Of a stretch of DNA of 64,000 nucleotides, positions 1 through 8,870 are shown piece after piece. Every line of letters begins with the position of its first letter. Within the stretch, counting starts at the first letter, position 1. The translations under genes and the position numbers were made by a program. The stretch covers positions 6,418 through 70,417 of the forward strand of contig JAGGRY010000043.1 in the NCBI GenBank assembly GCA_021159365.1, given 5' to 3'. The notes beneath the pieces were generated by a model. That model worked only from the letters and a program-made list of their open reading frames with translations, was not told the origin of the DNA and made no database searches. The stretch is from Nitrososphaerota archaeon. Its GTDB lineage: Archaea > Thermoproteota > Nitrososphaeria_A > Caldarchaeales > Wolframiiraptoraceae.

Positions 1-2
1 TG

Positions 3-1385
3 AGTAGTGAGGAGCCCCCCACGATACTTGAAGTCTCTTCCACTCTTAAGAGAATAGCCGAGATAAGCGGGCCGAGTTCGAGGAGCAGGAAGATGGCTTT
101 ACTCAGATCTCTGATCATGAGGATGAGTGAACTTGAGAGAAAATGGCTCTTCAAACAGATAATCGGGGAGATGCAGCATGGAGTTAATGAAGGCGTTTTG
201 CTTGAAGCTTTAGCGGAGCTTACGGGAGCGAATCTAAAATCCGTTCAAAGAGCTTACATGCTTTTAGGCAGACTCGATGAACTAGTTAAGATAGCCAAGG
301 AGGGTGGGAGAGAAGCGCTTGAGAAGGTTAAGCTCAAGATCTTTAATCCGCTAAGACCTATGCTCGCGGAGATCTGTAACGATGTGGATGAACTTTTGAA
401 GGATATCGGTGGGTCCGTTGCCTTCGAATATAAGTTTGATGGAGCGAGAGTTCAAATACACATGAAAGATGGAGTCGTTAAGATCTATTCGAGGAGATTA
501 AATGAAGTGACTGAGAGCATTCCAGACGTAGTTAAGCAGGTGAAGGATGGAGTCAAAGGTGTCAAGGAGATAGTCTTGGATGGAGAGGTTATAGCGGTCG
601 ATAGGGATGGAAAGCCTCTACCATTCCAAGAACTTTTGCGGAGATTTAGAAGAGTTAGGGGGGTTTCCGAGAAAATCGAGGAGATCCCCCTAAAGCTTCA
701 AGTCTTCGACATCCTATACTTAGATGGAGTCGAGCTATTGGATAAGCCATATGAGGAGAGGTGGAAGATCTTAAGCGAGAAGGTTGATGCAAAGCTCCTA
801 GCCCCAAGAATAATAACATCGGATCCAAAGATGGTTAAGAATTTCCTCGAAAAAGCCATCGAAGAAGGACATGAAGGATTGATGGCGAAGAGGTTGGATT
901 CTCCATATAGACCTGGGAGGAGGGAGAAGCTTTGGCTCAAGATAAAGCCCGCTGAGAACCTAGACTTAGTCATAGTTGCCGCTGACTGGGGCTATGGAAG
1001 GAGAACCGGATGGCTCAGTAACTATCATCTCGCAGCTTATAATCCTAGAACCGACGGCTTCGAGGTCGTTGGTAAGACGTTTAAGGGATTGACCGATGAG
1101 GAATTTGAGCTCATGACTAAGAAGCTTCTTCAACTTAAGCTGAGCGATGATGGATACACGGTCAGAGTTAAGCCTGAGATAGTAGTCGAAGTTGCCTATA
1201 ATGAGATTCAGAGAAGCCCGAAATACCGGTCAGGCTATGCTCTAAGGTTCGCCAGGATAACTAGAATTAGATCGGATAAGAGTCCTAGAGAAGCCGATAC
1301 CATCGATAAGATTCGAGAACTATATCTTAAACAGTTTAGGAGGAAGGGGTCTCTAACCGAAGACTTCTTATCAAGTCGCCGTTAA
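3..1385 (+). CDS. lig: ATP-dependent DNA ligase (5' end lies upstream of the window)
   Basis: The frame is open from nt 3 with no stop before the ATG at 93, so the 430-aa ORF is only the C-terminal part. It has the adenylation motif EYKFDGARVQIH (KxDG), then LDGEVIA, EGLMAK and WLKIKP motifs and an OB-fold tail. Confidence 0.9.
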   Translation, partial: SSEEPPTILEVSSTLKRIAEISGPSSRSRKMALLRSLIMRMSELERKWLFKQIIGEMQHGVNEGVLLEALAELTGANLKSVQRAYMLLGRLDELVKIAKEGGREALEKVKLKIFNPLRPMLAEICNDVDELLKDIGGSVAFEYKFDGARVQIHMKDGVVKIYSRRLNEVTESIPDVVKQVKDGVKGVKEIVLDGEVIAVDRDGKPLPFQELLRRFRRVRGVSEKIEEIPLKLQVFDILYLDGVELLDKPYEERWKILSEKVDAKLLAPRIITSDPKMVKNFLEKAIEEGHEGLMAKRLDSPYRPGRREKLWLKIKPAENLDLVIVAADWGYGRRTGWLSNYHLAAYNPRTDGFEVVGKTFKGLTDEEFELMTKKLLQLKLSDDGYTVRVKPEIVVEVAYNEIQRSPKYRSGYALRFARITRIRSDKSPREADTIDKIRELYLKQFRRKGSLTEDFLSSRR

Positions 1386-1647
1386 GTTGTAGGAATACTT
1401 TAGTTGGATCGAGCTCTCCTGGTAAACCTTTCCTAAATCTGACCCTGACCTTTCCTCTAATGCCATGAGCCGCTATGATACTACCCTTAATCTTGAGGTC
1501 GCCATCTCTATACTCAACCTGCTTTCCGACGAGAAGCTTGGCTTTATCGATGCTATCTATTCCCGGAAACGATACAATGTATTCTCTCACAGCCTTATTC
1601 TTTGCACTCGTCTTATATCTCTTTGAAGATATGAATCCCCTAAGCAT
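1336..1647 (-). CDS. rpl35ae: 50S ribosomal protein L35Ae (eL33)
   Basis: About 100 aa. GKQVEYRDGDLKIKGSIIAAHGIRGKVRVRFRKGLPGE matches the eL33 pattern (..HGNSGVVRAKF..LP). Its 3' end overlaps the ligase 3' end convergently. Confidence 0.75.
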   Translation of the reverse strand: MLRGFISSKRYKTSAKNKAVREYIVSFPGIDSIDKAKLLVGKQVEYRDGDLKIKGSIIAAHGIRGKVRVRFRKGLPGELDPTKVFLQLNGDLIRSLRLETPSS

Positions 1648-1773
1648 TCTCAGACCCCATTAAGGCTTGAATTAATCTCCAACTTATTACCATTAAGGGA
1701 TTTTCAGGGTAATTAGCCGAGAGTCTCGCGTTAAGATGATACCGTCCCCGGATGGAAAGCCTTATCCTATAAG

Positions 1774-2334
1774 GTGGGGGAGCTGATGTTGAGAATGAGG
1801 AACATAGTCGTAGGCTTAATGATCGGACTCGGAATCCTAACCCTTGGAGGCGCCTTAATCACGCCATATTCTATAAGCTCCCAGACCCCAACCCAATACA
1901 ACATCTTCAGGATCATCTTGGCGACCTACACGCCCCTCCTAACACCTATTTCCTCAGCGGCTGGGGTGAGGATGGTTGGAGGCGGAGGATCGCAGGGAAT
2001 AGTTCCTATTCTAATATGGCTGATAGCTGCTTTTGCAACCGGGATGACTCTTAGAGATCCTGGGAAGAGCGGTAAAGCCATGTTCGCATCAGCTTCGATA
2101 ATCCTACTTCTCTGGATAGCGTCGGTCTTCCTATCTGCTCCAACTTGGCCAGATCTAAACTCATGGTTGGTTGAGGTGGATCTGTTGACATCCGATTTGA
2201 TCTCTAGACCTATAGATATGATCTCACTCTTCATCATACCAACAGGGTTAGCGATCTTAACCGCTCAGATAACTCAGCTTAAGAGAAGACCCATAAAGAC
2301 CGAAGCAAGCATGGATGAGGATTACTACTTTTAA
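1774..2334 (+). CDS. hypothetical multi-pass membrane protein
   Basis: 186-aa ORF with several hydrophobic segments. I recognise no family motif. Confidence 0.4.
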   Translation: MGELMLRMRNIVVGLMIGLGILTLGGALITPYSISSQTPTQYNIFRIILATYTPLLTPISSAAGVRMVGGGGSQGIVPILIWLIAAFATGMTLRDPGKSGKAMFASASIILLLWIASVFLSAPTWPDLNSWLVEVDLLTSDLISRPIDMISLFIIPTGLAILTAQITQLKRRPIKTEASMDEDYYF

Positions 2335-2380
2335 TCGTCATCAAAATAGAAAAATGGGGATTTTAGGCAGGTAAACTCCT

Positions 2381-2590
2381 TTAGGTTACTTCAACTTTTT
2401 CCTCAGGCGCGGGCGCAGGTGCAGCTTTTGGCTTAGCCCTCTTAGCCCTCGCCCTTCCCCTCTTCCTCGTGGTCCTCTTCTTTCTCGTCGTTTTCTTCTT
2501 TCTCGTCTTTCTCTTAGCTGCCTTCTTCCTTCTCGTCGTCTTCTTCTTCCTTGTCGTCTTCCTCTTTCTCGAAGCCTTCTTACGCGGCAT
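2381..2590 (-). CDS. small extremely basic K/R/T-rich low-complexity protein
   Basis: ATG-initiated 69-aa ORF (MPRKKASRKRKTTRKKKTTRRKK...APAPAPEEKVEVT). Upstream on the coding strand there is a TTTTTATATAA box about 40 nt before the ATG and a GGTGA about 10 nt before it. Confidence 0.55.
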   Translation of the reverse strand: MPRKKASRKRKTTRKKKTTRRKKAAKRKTRKKKTTRKKRTTRKRGRARAKRAKPKAAPAPAPEEKVEVT

Positions 2591-2732
2591 TTTCTTCTTT
2601 CACCAGCGATTTTTAGATGTTTTAAGTTATATAAAAAATTTTCGGAAAAAATTACACATCAATCCGTGCGAAAGATTTTCGGAACGAATAATAATGAGCA
2701 GGTCTCATTAGATTTCGTGTTGGTGATGCGGT

Positions 2733-3062
2733 GTGGTTGAGGTTGAGTTTTCCGAGTTTCAAAAACTTGACATAAGAGTTGGGAAGGTGATCTCGGCTGA
2801 AAGAGTTGCGGGAGCAACTAAGCTCCTAAGATTCACAGTTGATTTCGGTGAGTTCAAGAGACAATCCGTCGCGGGGCTTGGCCATATCTATGATCCGGAG
2901 CACTTCATTGGAAAGCAATATGTATTTGTCGTAAACCTAAAGCCAAGGAAGATAAGAGGAATAGTCTCAGAATGCATGATCCTCGCGGCGGTTCCAAGCG
3001 AGGAAGAAGTGGTTCCGATAAAGCCTGAGAAAGATGTCCCGTTAGGGTCGAAGGTTCTCTGA
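2733..3062 (+). CDS. stand-alone tRNA-binding domain protein (Trbp111/CsaA/MetRS C-terminal-like OB fold)
   Basis: LDIRVGKVISAE...GKQYVFVVNLKPRKIRGIVSECMILAA...DVPLGSKV is the classic tRNA-binding-domain pattern. GTG start. Confidence 0.8.
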   Translation: MVEVEFSEFQKLDIRVGKVISAERVAGATKLLRFTVDFGEFKRQSVAGLGHIYDPEHFIGKQYVFVVNLKPRKIRGIVSECMILAAVPSEEEVVPIKPEKDVPLGSKVL

Positions 3063-3104
3063 CACCCGATGATAAAGGAAAAATGGAGGCTGGATTAGGG
3101 ATCA

Positions 3105-4415
3105 ATGGGTCGGGAATGGATGCTGAAGAGGTTCTTCGTCGAGGACGCGCTTAAGGCTGAAGAGGATGATGAGATAGAGCTAGTGGGCTGGGTTAGGAAT
3201 AAGAGAACTCATGGAGGTCTCATCTTCCTAGATCTCAGAGACTCCACAGGAGTCATTCAAGTTGCATTAAAGAAGGGTATAGCCGATGAAGAGAGCTTTA
3301 GGACCGCTGAGGAGATTAGATTAGAGTCTGCTGTCAGGGTTAAGGGGATAATAAAACATGATCCGAGAGCTCCTAGTGGAGTTGAACTTAGATGTAAGAG
3401 CTTGGAGGTTTTAGGCCCCAGCCTAGACGAGTTTCCAATAAAGAAGAATGCGGGCTTAAGATTCTTACTTGATCACCGCCATCTCCACATTCGAAGCCCT
3501 AAGATCGCCGCGGTGATGAAGATAAGGGCGATCTTAGTTGACTCAGCTAGGAATTGGTTGAGGGATCATGGGTTCATCGAGATCCACTGCCCAAGCTTCA
3601 TAACGGCCGCGGTTGAGGGTGGAGCAACCCTCTTCAAGGTTGATTACTTTAATCGAACAGTCTATCTAACTCAGAGCGTCCAACTCTATCAAGAGGCCGC
3701 GATCTATGGACTCGAAAGGGTGTATAGTCTTCAACCGAGCTTCAGAGCTGAACTCAGTAGAACTAGGAGACATTTAACCGAGTTTTGGCATCTTGAAGTC
3801 GAGGTGGCTTACGCTGAACTGGAGGACATAATGAAGATCATTGAAGAGTTATTCTACTCGATGGTCTTAGGAGTTTATGATAGAGGGAGAAAGGAGCTGG
3901 AATTTCTGGGAATTGAACTAGACCCTAAGGTCGCTGAACCACCCTATCCCAAGATAAGATATTCTGAAGCCCTAGACATCTTATTGAGCAAAGGGTTCGA
4001 TATTAAGTGGGGAGACGACTTCGGAGCAGATGAAGAAAGAGAATTATCAAAGGAGTTTGAGAAACCCTTCTTTGTAACCCATTGGCCCAGGGAGGCCAAG
4101 GCATTCTATCATCTTCCAGATCCAGTCGATCCAAGGGTTTGTAGGAACGCCGATCTCTTAGCTCCTGGAGGATATGGAGAGGTCGTTGGAGGGGGTCAAA
4201 GAATCCACGATTACAATCAGCTGATCGAGAGGTTAAGGGAGAATGGTCTCAATCCAGAGGATTATCAATGGTATCTAGATCTTAGAAAATATGGTTCAAT
4301 CCCTCATAGCGGATTTGGCTTAGGAATTGAGAGGATGCTTTGGTGGCTCCTAAAACTTCCACATATAAGGGATGCATGCCTCTTCCCAAGGACTCCTGCG
4401 AGAGTCTATCCATGA
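3105..4415 (+). CDS. asnS: asparaginyl-tRNA synthetase
   Basis: Class IIb aaRS with an N-terminal OB domain. Motif 2 is FRAELSRTRRHLTEFWHLEVEVAY. The AsnRS-type C-terminus is GGGQRIHDY...WYLDLRKYGSIPHSGFGLGIERML..FPRTP. Confidence 0.85.
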   Translation: MGREWMLKRFFVEDALKAEEDDEIELVGWVRNKRTHGGLIFLDLRDSTGVIQVALKKGIADEESFRTAEEIRLESAVRVKGIIKHDPRAPSGVELRCKSLEVLGPSLDEFPIKKNAGLRFLLDHRHLHIRSPKIAAVMKIRAILVDSARNWLRDHGFIEIHCPSFITAAVEGGATLFKVDYFNRTVYLTQSVQLYQEAAIYGLERVYSLQPSFRAELSRTRRHLTEFWHLEVEVAYAELEDIMKIIEELFYSMVLGVYDRGRKELEFLGIELDPKVAEPPYPKIRYSEALDILLSKGFDIKWGDDFGADEERELSKEFEKPFFVTHWPREAKAFYHLPDPVDPRVCRNADLLAPGGYGEVVGGGQRIHDYNQLIERLRENGLNPEDYQWYLDLRKYGSIPHSGFGLGIERMLWWLLKLPHIRDACLFPRTPARVYP

Positions 4416-4960
4416 GCGATGAAGTTTACCAACCTTCAGAAGATACATTGCTACTCTTAAGAGCTGTTGAAGGCCTTGGAAAACGGTTTAAGAGATCTAT
4501 TGAGATAGGCTCAGGCTCTGGAGTGGTCTCGGCTAGGCTCGGCGAATTCTCAGATGAGATCCATGCAGTGGATATCTCACTTGATGCCGTGAGGAGGACT
4601 AGAGATCTATTGAAGAGACGTGGAATGTGGGGTAGAGCGCATCTCCTATGCGGAGATCTTCTAACGGCTTATAGAAGCTCGGAGCTATTCGACTTAATAG
4701 TCTCAAATCCACCCTATCTCGAACCCGAAGTTGGGGATCAAGCGATAGAAGGTGGCTGGAAGCTCATCGATAGACTCGTAGAAGACGCTTCTAAGAAGAT
4801 TAAACGTGGAGGAGTTCTTCTAATCGTGGTCTCAAGCCTTACATCTAATCTCGAATTCATATTCAACAAGTTACGGAGAAGAGGCTTCTCAATAGAGATA
4901 GTGGGTAAGGCTAAGCTATTCTTTGAGGAGCTATTGGCGGTTAAATGCGTTAAAGAATGA
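4412..4960 (+). CDS. HemK/Mtq2-type N5-glutamine (release factor) methyltransferase family protein
   Basis: SAM motif IEIGSGSGVV and catalytic NPPY (VSNPPYLEPE). The ATG at 4412 overlaps the asnS stop (ATGA). The upstream part of the listed ORF is just the asnS overlap. Confidence 0.75.
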   Translation: MSDEVYQPSEDTLLLLRAVEGLGKRFKRSIEIGSGSGVVSARLGEFSDEIHAVDISLDAVRRTRDLLKRRGMWGRAHLLCGDLLTAYRSSELFDLIVSNPPYLEPEVGDQAIEGGWKLIDRLVEDASKKIKRGGVLLIVVSSLTSNLEFIFNKLRRRGFSIEIVGKAKLFFEELLAVKCVKE

Positions 4961-4992
4961 AAAATATTTTTGGGTTTTTGATTTAGCGGCGT

Positions 4993-5088
4993 CTAGAACT
5001 CTTCCTCCTCTTCCCACTCTTCCTCTTCCTCGAATTCCTCCCATTCTTCCTCGTCTTCGAGTTCAAAGAATAGATCTTCGAGCCTCAT
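4993..5088 (-). CDS. 31-aa hyper-acidic micro-ORF (MRLEDLFFELEDEEEWEEFEEEEEWEEEEEF)
   Basis: ATG..TAG ORF below the ORF-track cutoff. A TTTAAAA box lies about 31 nt upstream on its strand. Expression is unproven. Confidence 0.3.
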   Translation of the reverse strand: MRLEDLFFELEDEEEWEEFEEEEEWEEEEEF

Positions 5089-5173
5089 AGCCGCCCTACT
5101 ACTCGGATTCAATCCCGCATTTTAAAGGTTCCTTCCTTTAAGTTTAAAAGCGTCGGCCACCATTCAAACTTGA

Positions 5174-5797
5174 ATGCCTTATAGGTTCACATTCGACTTG
5201 AGGAAGCTTCCAAGGGAGTTCTTCGAGGAGCTTATGAGAGTCGCCTATGAATCCAGACTTCATAAGAGGTTTGGCGACATCGCGCGCACCTTAGTCAAGA
5301 AGTTTAGGATCCAAGAATTTACTGGGCTAAACGTGAACGAGGCCATATCCCTACTCGAAGACTTCCTGGAGATTCAAGCGCTAAACGTGGTGAATAGAGA
5401 GAGATTTAATGGAGCTAAGAAGAGTGGAAGAAAAGTTCTCCTCCTACCTCACTGCTCGAGGAAATATATGGATAGTAGGTGTAAGGCGACCTTTGATCCA
5501 TCAATCCCAACCTATATCTGTCAGCACTGTTCTCCTGACTGCTTGATAAATCAAGCCGTAACCCTGGCCGAGGAGCGGGGATATGATGTCTACATAATCC
5601 CCGGCGGATCTTGCGTCCCAAAGATCCTGGCCTCAAAACATTATGAGGCAGTTGTGGGGGTGGCGTGTGGAATGGAGCTTATGCTGGGCTATCAGGTTAC
5701 AAGGCAGTTTGGGATCCCCGCTCAAGGTCTTCCACTTCTGAAGAATGGATGCGCAAACACCTGGTTTGATATCAAGGCTCTTGAGAAGATTCTTTAG
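5174..5797 (+). CDS. DUF116 family protein
   Basis: LLLPHCSRKYMDSRCKA...YICQHCSPDC...YIIPGGSCV is the cysteine pattern typical of DUF116. A TTTAAAAG box lies about 25 nt upstream of the ATG. Confidence 0.6.
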   Translation: MPYRFTFDLRKLPREFFEELMRVAYESRLHKRFGDIARTLVKKFRIQEFTGLNVNEAISLLEDFLEIQALNVVNRERFNGAKKSGRKVLLLPHCSRKYMDSRCKATFDPSIPTYICQHCSPDCLINQAVTLAEERGYDVYIIPGGSCVPKILASKHYEAVVGVACGMELMLGYQVTRQFGIPAQGLPLLKNGCANTWFDIKALEKIL

Positions 5798-7187
5798 CGG
5801 CGCCATGCTTGGTGAGAAGATATCCTATCCCGACCCCGAGGATCACTAACACCGCGCCAACGATTATGCCGTAGATAAGCCATTCGAATAAGCGTCCAAC
5901 TATCCAAGCATGGCCTTGACCCACATTTATCACGCATTCAGCCTCAGTCTCAAGCCTCTCCCCATTAAACCATGAACTCGCCTTAATCCTATAGGTTCCT
6001 GGCTTATCCGGGATCCAGTAAACCACTTTAAGCAGATCTTTATTCGTCTTCCAACTCCAATGTTTCACCAGCTCGTCATCTCTAAAGATCTCCAATCTAA
6101 TCTCATGAACGTGAACGACTTGTATTTCATAGCAGCCAGGCGCTAGATGAGTGAAGTGGATTATTATCTTGACAGGTTCGCTCAGGTCGTAGCTCAGCTT
6201 ATTGGTCGAGACCTCGATAAATCTACATCCCTTATCCTTCACCTCTATGTCTTCCTTCAGATCTTCGAGATCTCCACTATAAGTGACTGCGGTGAACCAT
6301 GCCCAGCCGTCGAACATCTCAGCTATTCCAGAACTTATCTTCTCAAGCTCTTTATCGGTTAATGGAAAGCTCAGGCGCGTATTGGTTCCCCTATACTCCG
6401 CGATCTTGAATCCTGTTGGCAGGCTCCCCTCGCTGATCATATGCTTCGTTATGGCATAGACTATTATCTTAGTCTCTCCCTTAGCGGCCCTCGAAACCTT
6501 GAGCGGATAGTATAGTTCATTGGATCTGAAGGTGTAGATTATCGGATCTATGCTTCTAACTTTTCCGCCGACTTCGACTAGGTCTAGGACCCAGTAGTTG
6601 AATCCTCTCTGAAGATAGTCTTTAACGATCTCCTCAATCTTCTCTGTTATCCTTAGGCTTTCAAGTCCTTCCCTCGACGCATAATCCCTTAAGAAGCTTA
6701 TGAGCTCCTCAACTCCATGCGCTTTAACCACCATGATGTCATGCGCTCCAATTCTTTCATGGAAGATTATTTCAGGCCCGCGTTCTCCACCTTTCCCGAG
6801 TGCAAGCGGTGGAGCATGTCCATAGATAATCCTTTGAATCGCCGTGAATATCTTGTAGTCTCCTTTCTTGACATCAGGCCTCGATGGCAGCGGAATTATC
6901 TCGAGAACCCTGCTTTCCTTGGATGAGTAAAGGTCTGTTGATAGGATGAGCTTCTCAACGGTTCCATTCCAAGCCACGATGACCTTTTGGCCAGGGTTAT
7001 AAATATCGGCCTCAGATCCAGGAATCACGCATCTATCGGCCATCACCTGAAGAAGACAGCTCATAATCACCGCCATGGATAGAATGATGATTGAAGTTAT
7101 CACAACGAGTTTACCGCCATTCATCTCGCCAATAATTGGTTCAGCCCTCCTTATCATGCTACCTTTTAGAACAGCTCCACGAATCAT
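5772..7187 (-). CDS. hypothetical membrane-anchored extracytoplasmic protein
   Basis: 471 aa with an N-terminal signal-anchor helix (VVITSIIILSMAVIMSCLL) and a C-terminal TM helix. No family is confidently recognised. Confidence 0.45.
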   Translation of the reverse strand: MIRGAVLKGSMIRRAEPIIGEMNGGKLVVITSIIILSMAVIMSCLLQVMADRCVIPGSEADIYNPGQKVIVAWNGTVEKLILSTDLYSSKESRVLEIIPLPSRPDVKKGDYKIFTAIQRIIYGHAPPLALGKGGERGPEIIFHERIGAHDIMVVKAHGVEELISFLRDYASREGLESLRITEKIEEIVKDYLQRGFNYWVLDLVEVGGKVRSIDPIIYTFRSNELYYPLKVSRAAKGETKIIVYAITKHMISEGSLPTGFKIAEYRGTNTRLSFPLTDKELEKISSGIAEMFDGWAWFTAVTYSGDLEDLKEDIEVKDKGCRFIEVSTNKLSYDLSEPVKIIIHFTHLAPGCYEIQVVHVHEIRLEIFRDDELVKHWSWKTNKDLLKVVYWIPDKPGTYRIKASSWFNGERLETEAECVINVGQGHAWIVGRLFEWLIYGIIVGAVLVILGVGIGYLLTKHGAAKESSQEP

Positions 7188-7232
7188 CTAGAGATTGAAG
7201 ACTAATATGTTGGCATGTTTAGAAATTGACGG

Positions 7233-7580
7233 ATGCCACGAACTAAGGGTAAGAGGAGATTAGAACTCCCTGGAGAGGATTTAGAACTCGTTGAGGATTT
7301 TGGAGAACTCGTCAGGAAGGCTAGGGTCAAACTCGGTTTAACCCAGCAAGATCTGGCGGCTCAGCTCAATGAGAAGCTCACGGTGATAAAGAAGATCGAG
7401 GCTGGACAATTTAGGCCATCGATCCAGCTTGCTAGAAAACTTGAGAAGTTCCTTAAGATCCAACTACTCGTTCCGGTGGAAGAGGAATCTATTGAACTTG
7501 GAAAGCTTTCCAGTAGGCATGAACTCAAGGGGGTAAGCTTAGGAGAATTGCTAAAGGAGAGCAGAGAGAAGTCTAGGTAG
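7233..7580 (+). CDS. MBF1-like XRE-type helix-turn-helix protein (no N-terminal zinc ribbon)
   Basis: ELVEDFGELVRKARVKLGLTQQDLAAQLNEKLTVIKKIEAGQFRPSIQLARKLEKFLKIQL matches the aMBF1 linker plus HTH. Confidence 0.7.
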   Translation: MPRTKGKRRLELPGEDLELVEDFGELVRKARVKLGLTQQDLAAQLNEKLTVIKKIEAGQFRPSIQLARKLEKFLKIQLLVPVEEESIELGKLSSRHELKGVSLGELLKESREKSR

Positions 7581-7616
7581 GGTTTTAAGCAAGTTCAGAT
7601 AACTTGGTGTCGAAGC

Positions 7617-8870
7617 TTGAGAGTCGCAATAGTTCACAGAGTGCTGAGGGGAGAGCGGGATAATCTAACAGAACTTAGGGAACTCTGTAAAACCGCCGGC
7701 TATGAAGTGGTTTATCAGCTTAAGCAGGAAAGACCTCCACATCCAAAATACAATATTGGGCCTGGCAAGGTTGAAGAACTCCGAGAGATAGTTAAGAGGT
7801 TTAAGATAGAGAAAGTCGTCTTCGAGAACGATCTAAAACCTGTTCAAGAGTATAATCTCGCCAAAGCCCTAAAGGTTCCGATAATCACGAGAACTCAACT
7901 AATCTTGGAGATCTTTAGCATGCATGCGAGCAACATTGAGGCGAAACTTCAGATAAAGTTAGCTGAGCTTAAGTACGAGCTCCCTAGGGCTAAGGAGAAA
8001 GTTAGATTGGCGAAGAAGGGCGAGCAGCCTGGATTCCATGGACTTGGAGCATATGAAGCCGACGTCTACTACGATGAGATCAATAGAAGAATCGTCTCGA
8101 TCAATAGAAAACTTGAGGCGATTAAGAAACATATGGACCTATTGAGAATGAAGAGGAGGAAGTATGGGCTTCCATTGATCTCCCTCGCTGGATACACTAA
8201 TGCCGGCAAATCCACCTTGTTCAAGGCTTTGACATCCGAGGATGTTAAGATAAGTGAGCAGCTGTTTACAACCCTGACCCCGACGACGAGAATTACGAGG
8301 ATGGATGGTAAACCGGTCTTCATCTCGGACACGGTCGGATTCATCAGGAATCTTCCAACACTCTTAGTCGAAGCATTCTATGCGACTCTTCGAGAGATAG
8401 TTCTCTCAGATATGATTCTTCTCGTCGCAGACTTGTCCGATCCGATAGATGAATTGAGGGAGAAGATAGATACATCTCTTGAGATCTTAAGTAAGATCGG
8501 AGCTCATAATGTTCCAACCTTGATAGTGCTGAATAAACTCGATTTAGTGGATCCCGATGAAGCCTCAAGAAAGATTGAGGAACTTGACCTAGAACTCCCA
8601 TATGCGTTGATCTCAGCCAAATTTAGATGTGGACTAGGGAATCTTGAGAAGATGGTTTCGGAGATGCTCAGCGGATTCATAAGAGTTGAGGCGTCCCTAC
8701 CATATAATGGTGATGGAATGAAGATTCTTGAGGAGATCTACAGTAAGTCAAAGATCTTCAACGTGGACTTCGACAACAAATCCATCAAGCTCAAGATCGA
8801 AGCTCCAATCTACTTAGCTGAGAAGCTTAGGAGGTATGCTGTTGACGGAAGCTTCAAGGTCATCGAATAG
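7617..8870 (+). CDS. hflX: GTPase HflX
   Basis: HflX N-terminal domain, coiled linker, G1 GYTNAGKSTLFKALT, G3 DTVGF and G4 NKLD. TTG start. Confidence 0.9.
   Translation: MRVAIVHRVLRGERDNLTELRELCKTAGYEVVYQLKQERPPHPKYNIGPGKVEELREIVKRFKIEKVVFENDLKPVQEYNLAKALKVPIITRTQLILEIFSMHASNIEAKLQIKLAELKYELPRAKEKVRLAKKGEQPGFHGLGAYEADVYYDEINRRIVSINRKLEAIKKHMDLLRMKRRKYGLPLISLAGYTNAGKSTLFKALTSEDVKISEQLFTTLTPTTRITRMDGKPVFISDTVGFIRNLPTLLVEAFYATLREIVLSDMILLVADLSDPIDELREKIDTSLEILSKIGAHNVPTLIVLNKLDLVDPDEASRKIEELDLELPYALISAKFRCGLGNLEKMVSEMLSGFIRVEASLPYNGDGMKILEEIYSKSKIFNVDFDNKSIKLKIEAPIYLAEKLRRYAVDGSFKVIE

Noticed and set aside
2638-2684. 10-nt direct repeat ATTTTCGGAA at 2638-2647 and 2675-2684, between the divergent polycation and tRNA-binding-domain genes.
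   Set aside because: The repeat is short and AT-rich in a promoter region. There are only two copies and no dyad symmetry, so I could not distinguish it from chance.
2469-2711. 80-aa poly-Phe/Leu/Val ORF on the + strand (MVLFFLVVFFFLVFLL...).
   Set aside because: It is the antisense mirror of the K/R-rich gene at 2381-2590, because AAG/AAA codons read backwards give CTT/TTT. The minus-strand ORF has the ATG, the SD-like element and the TATA box, so I called that strand.
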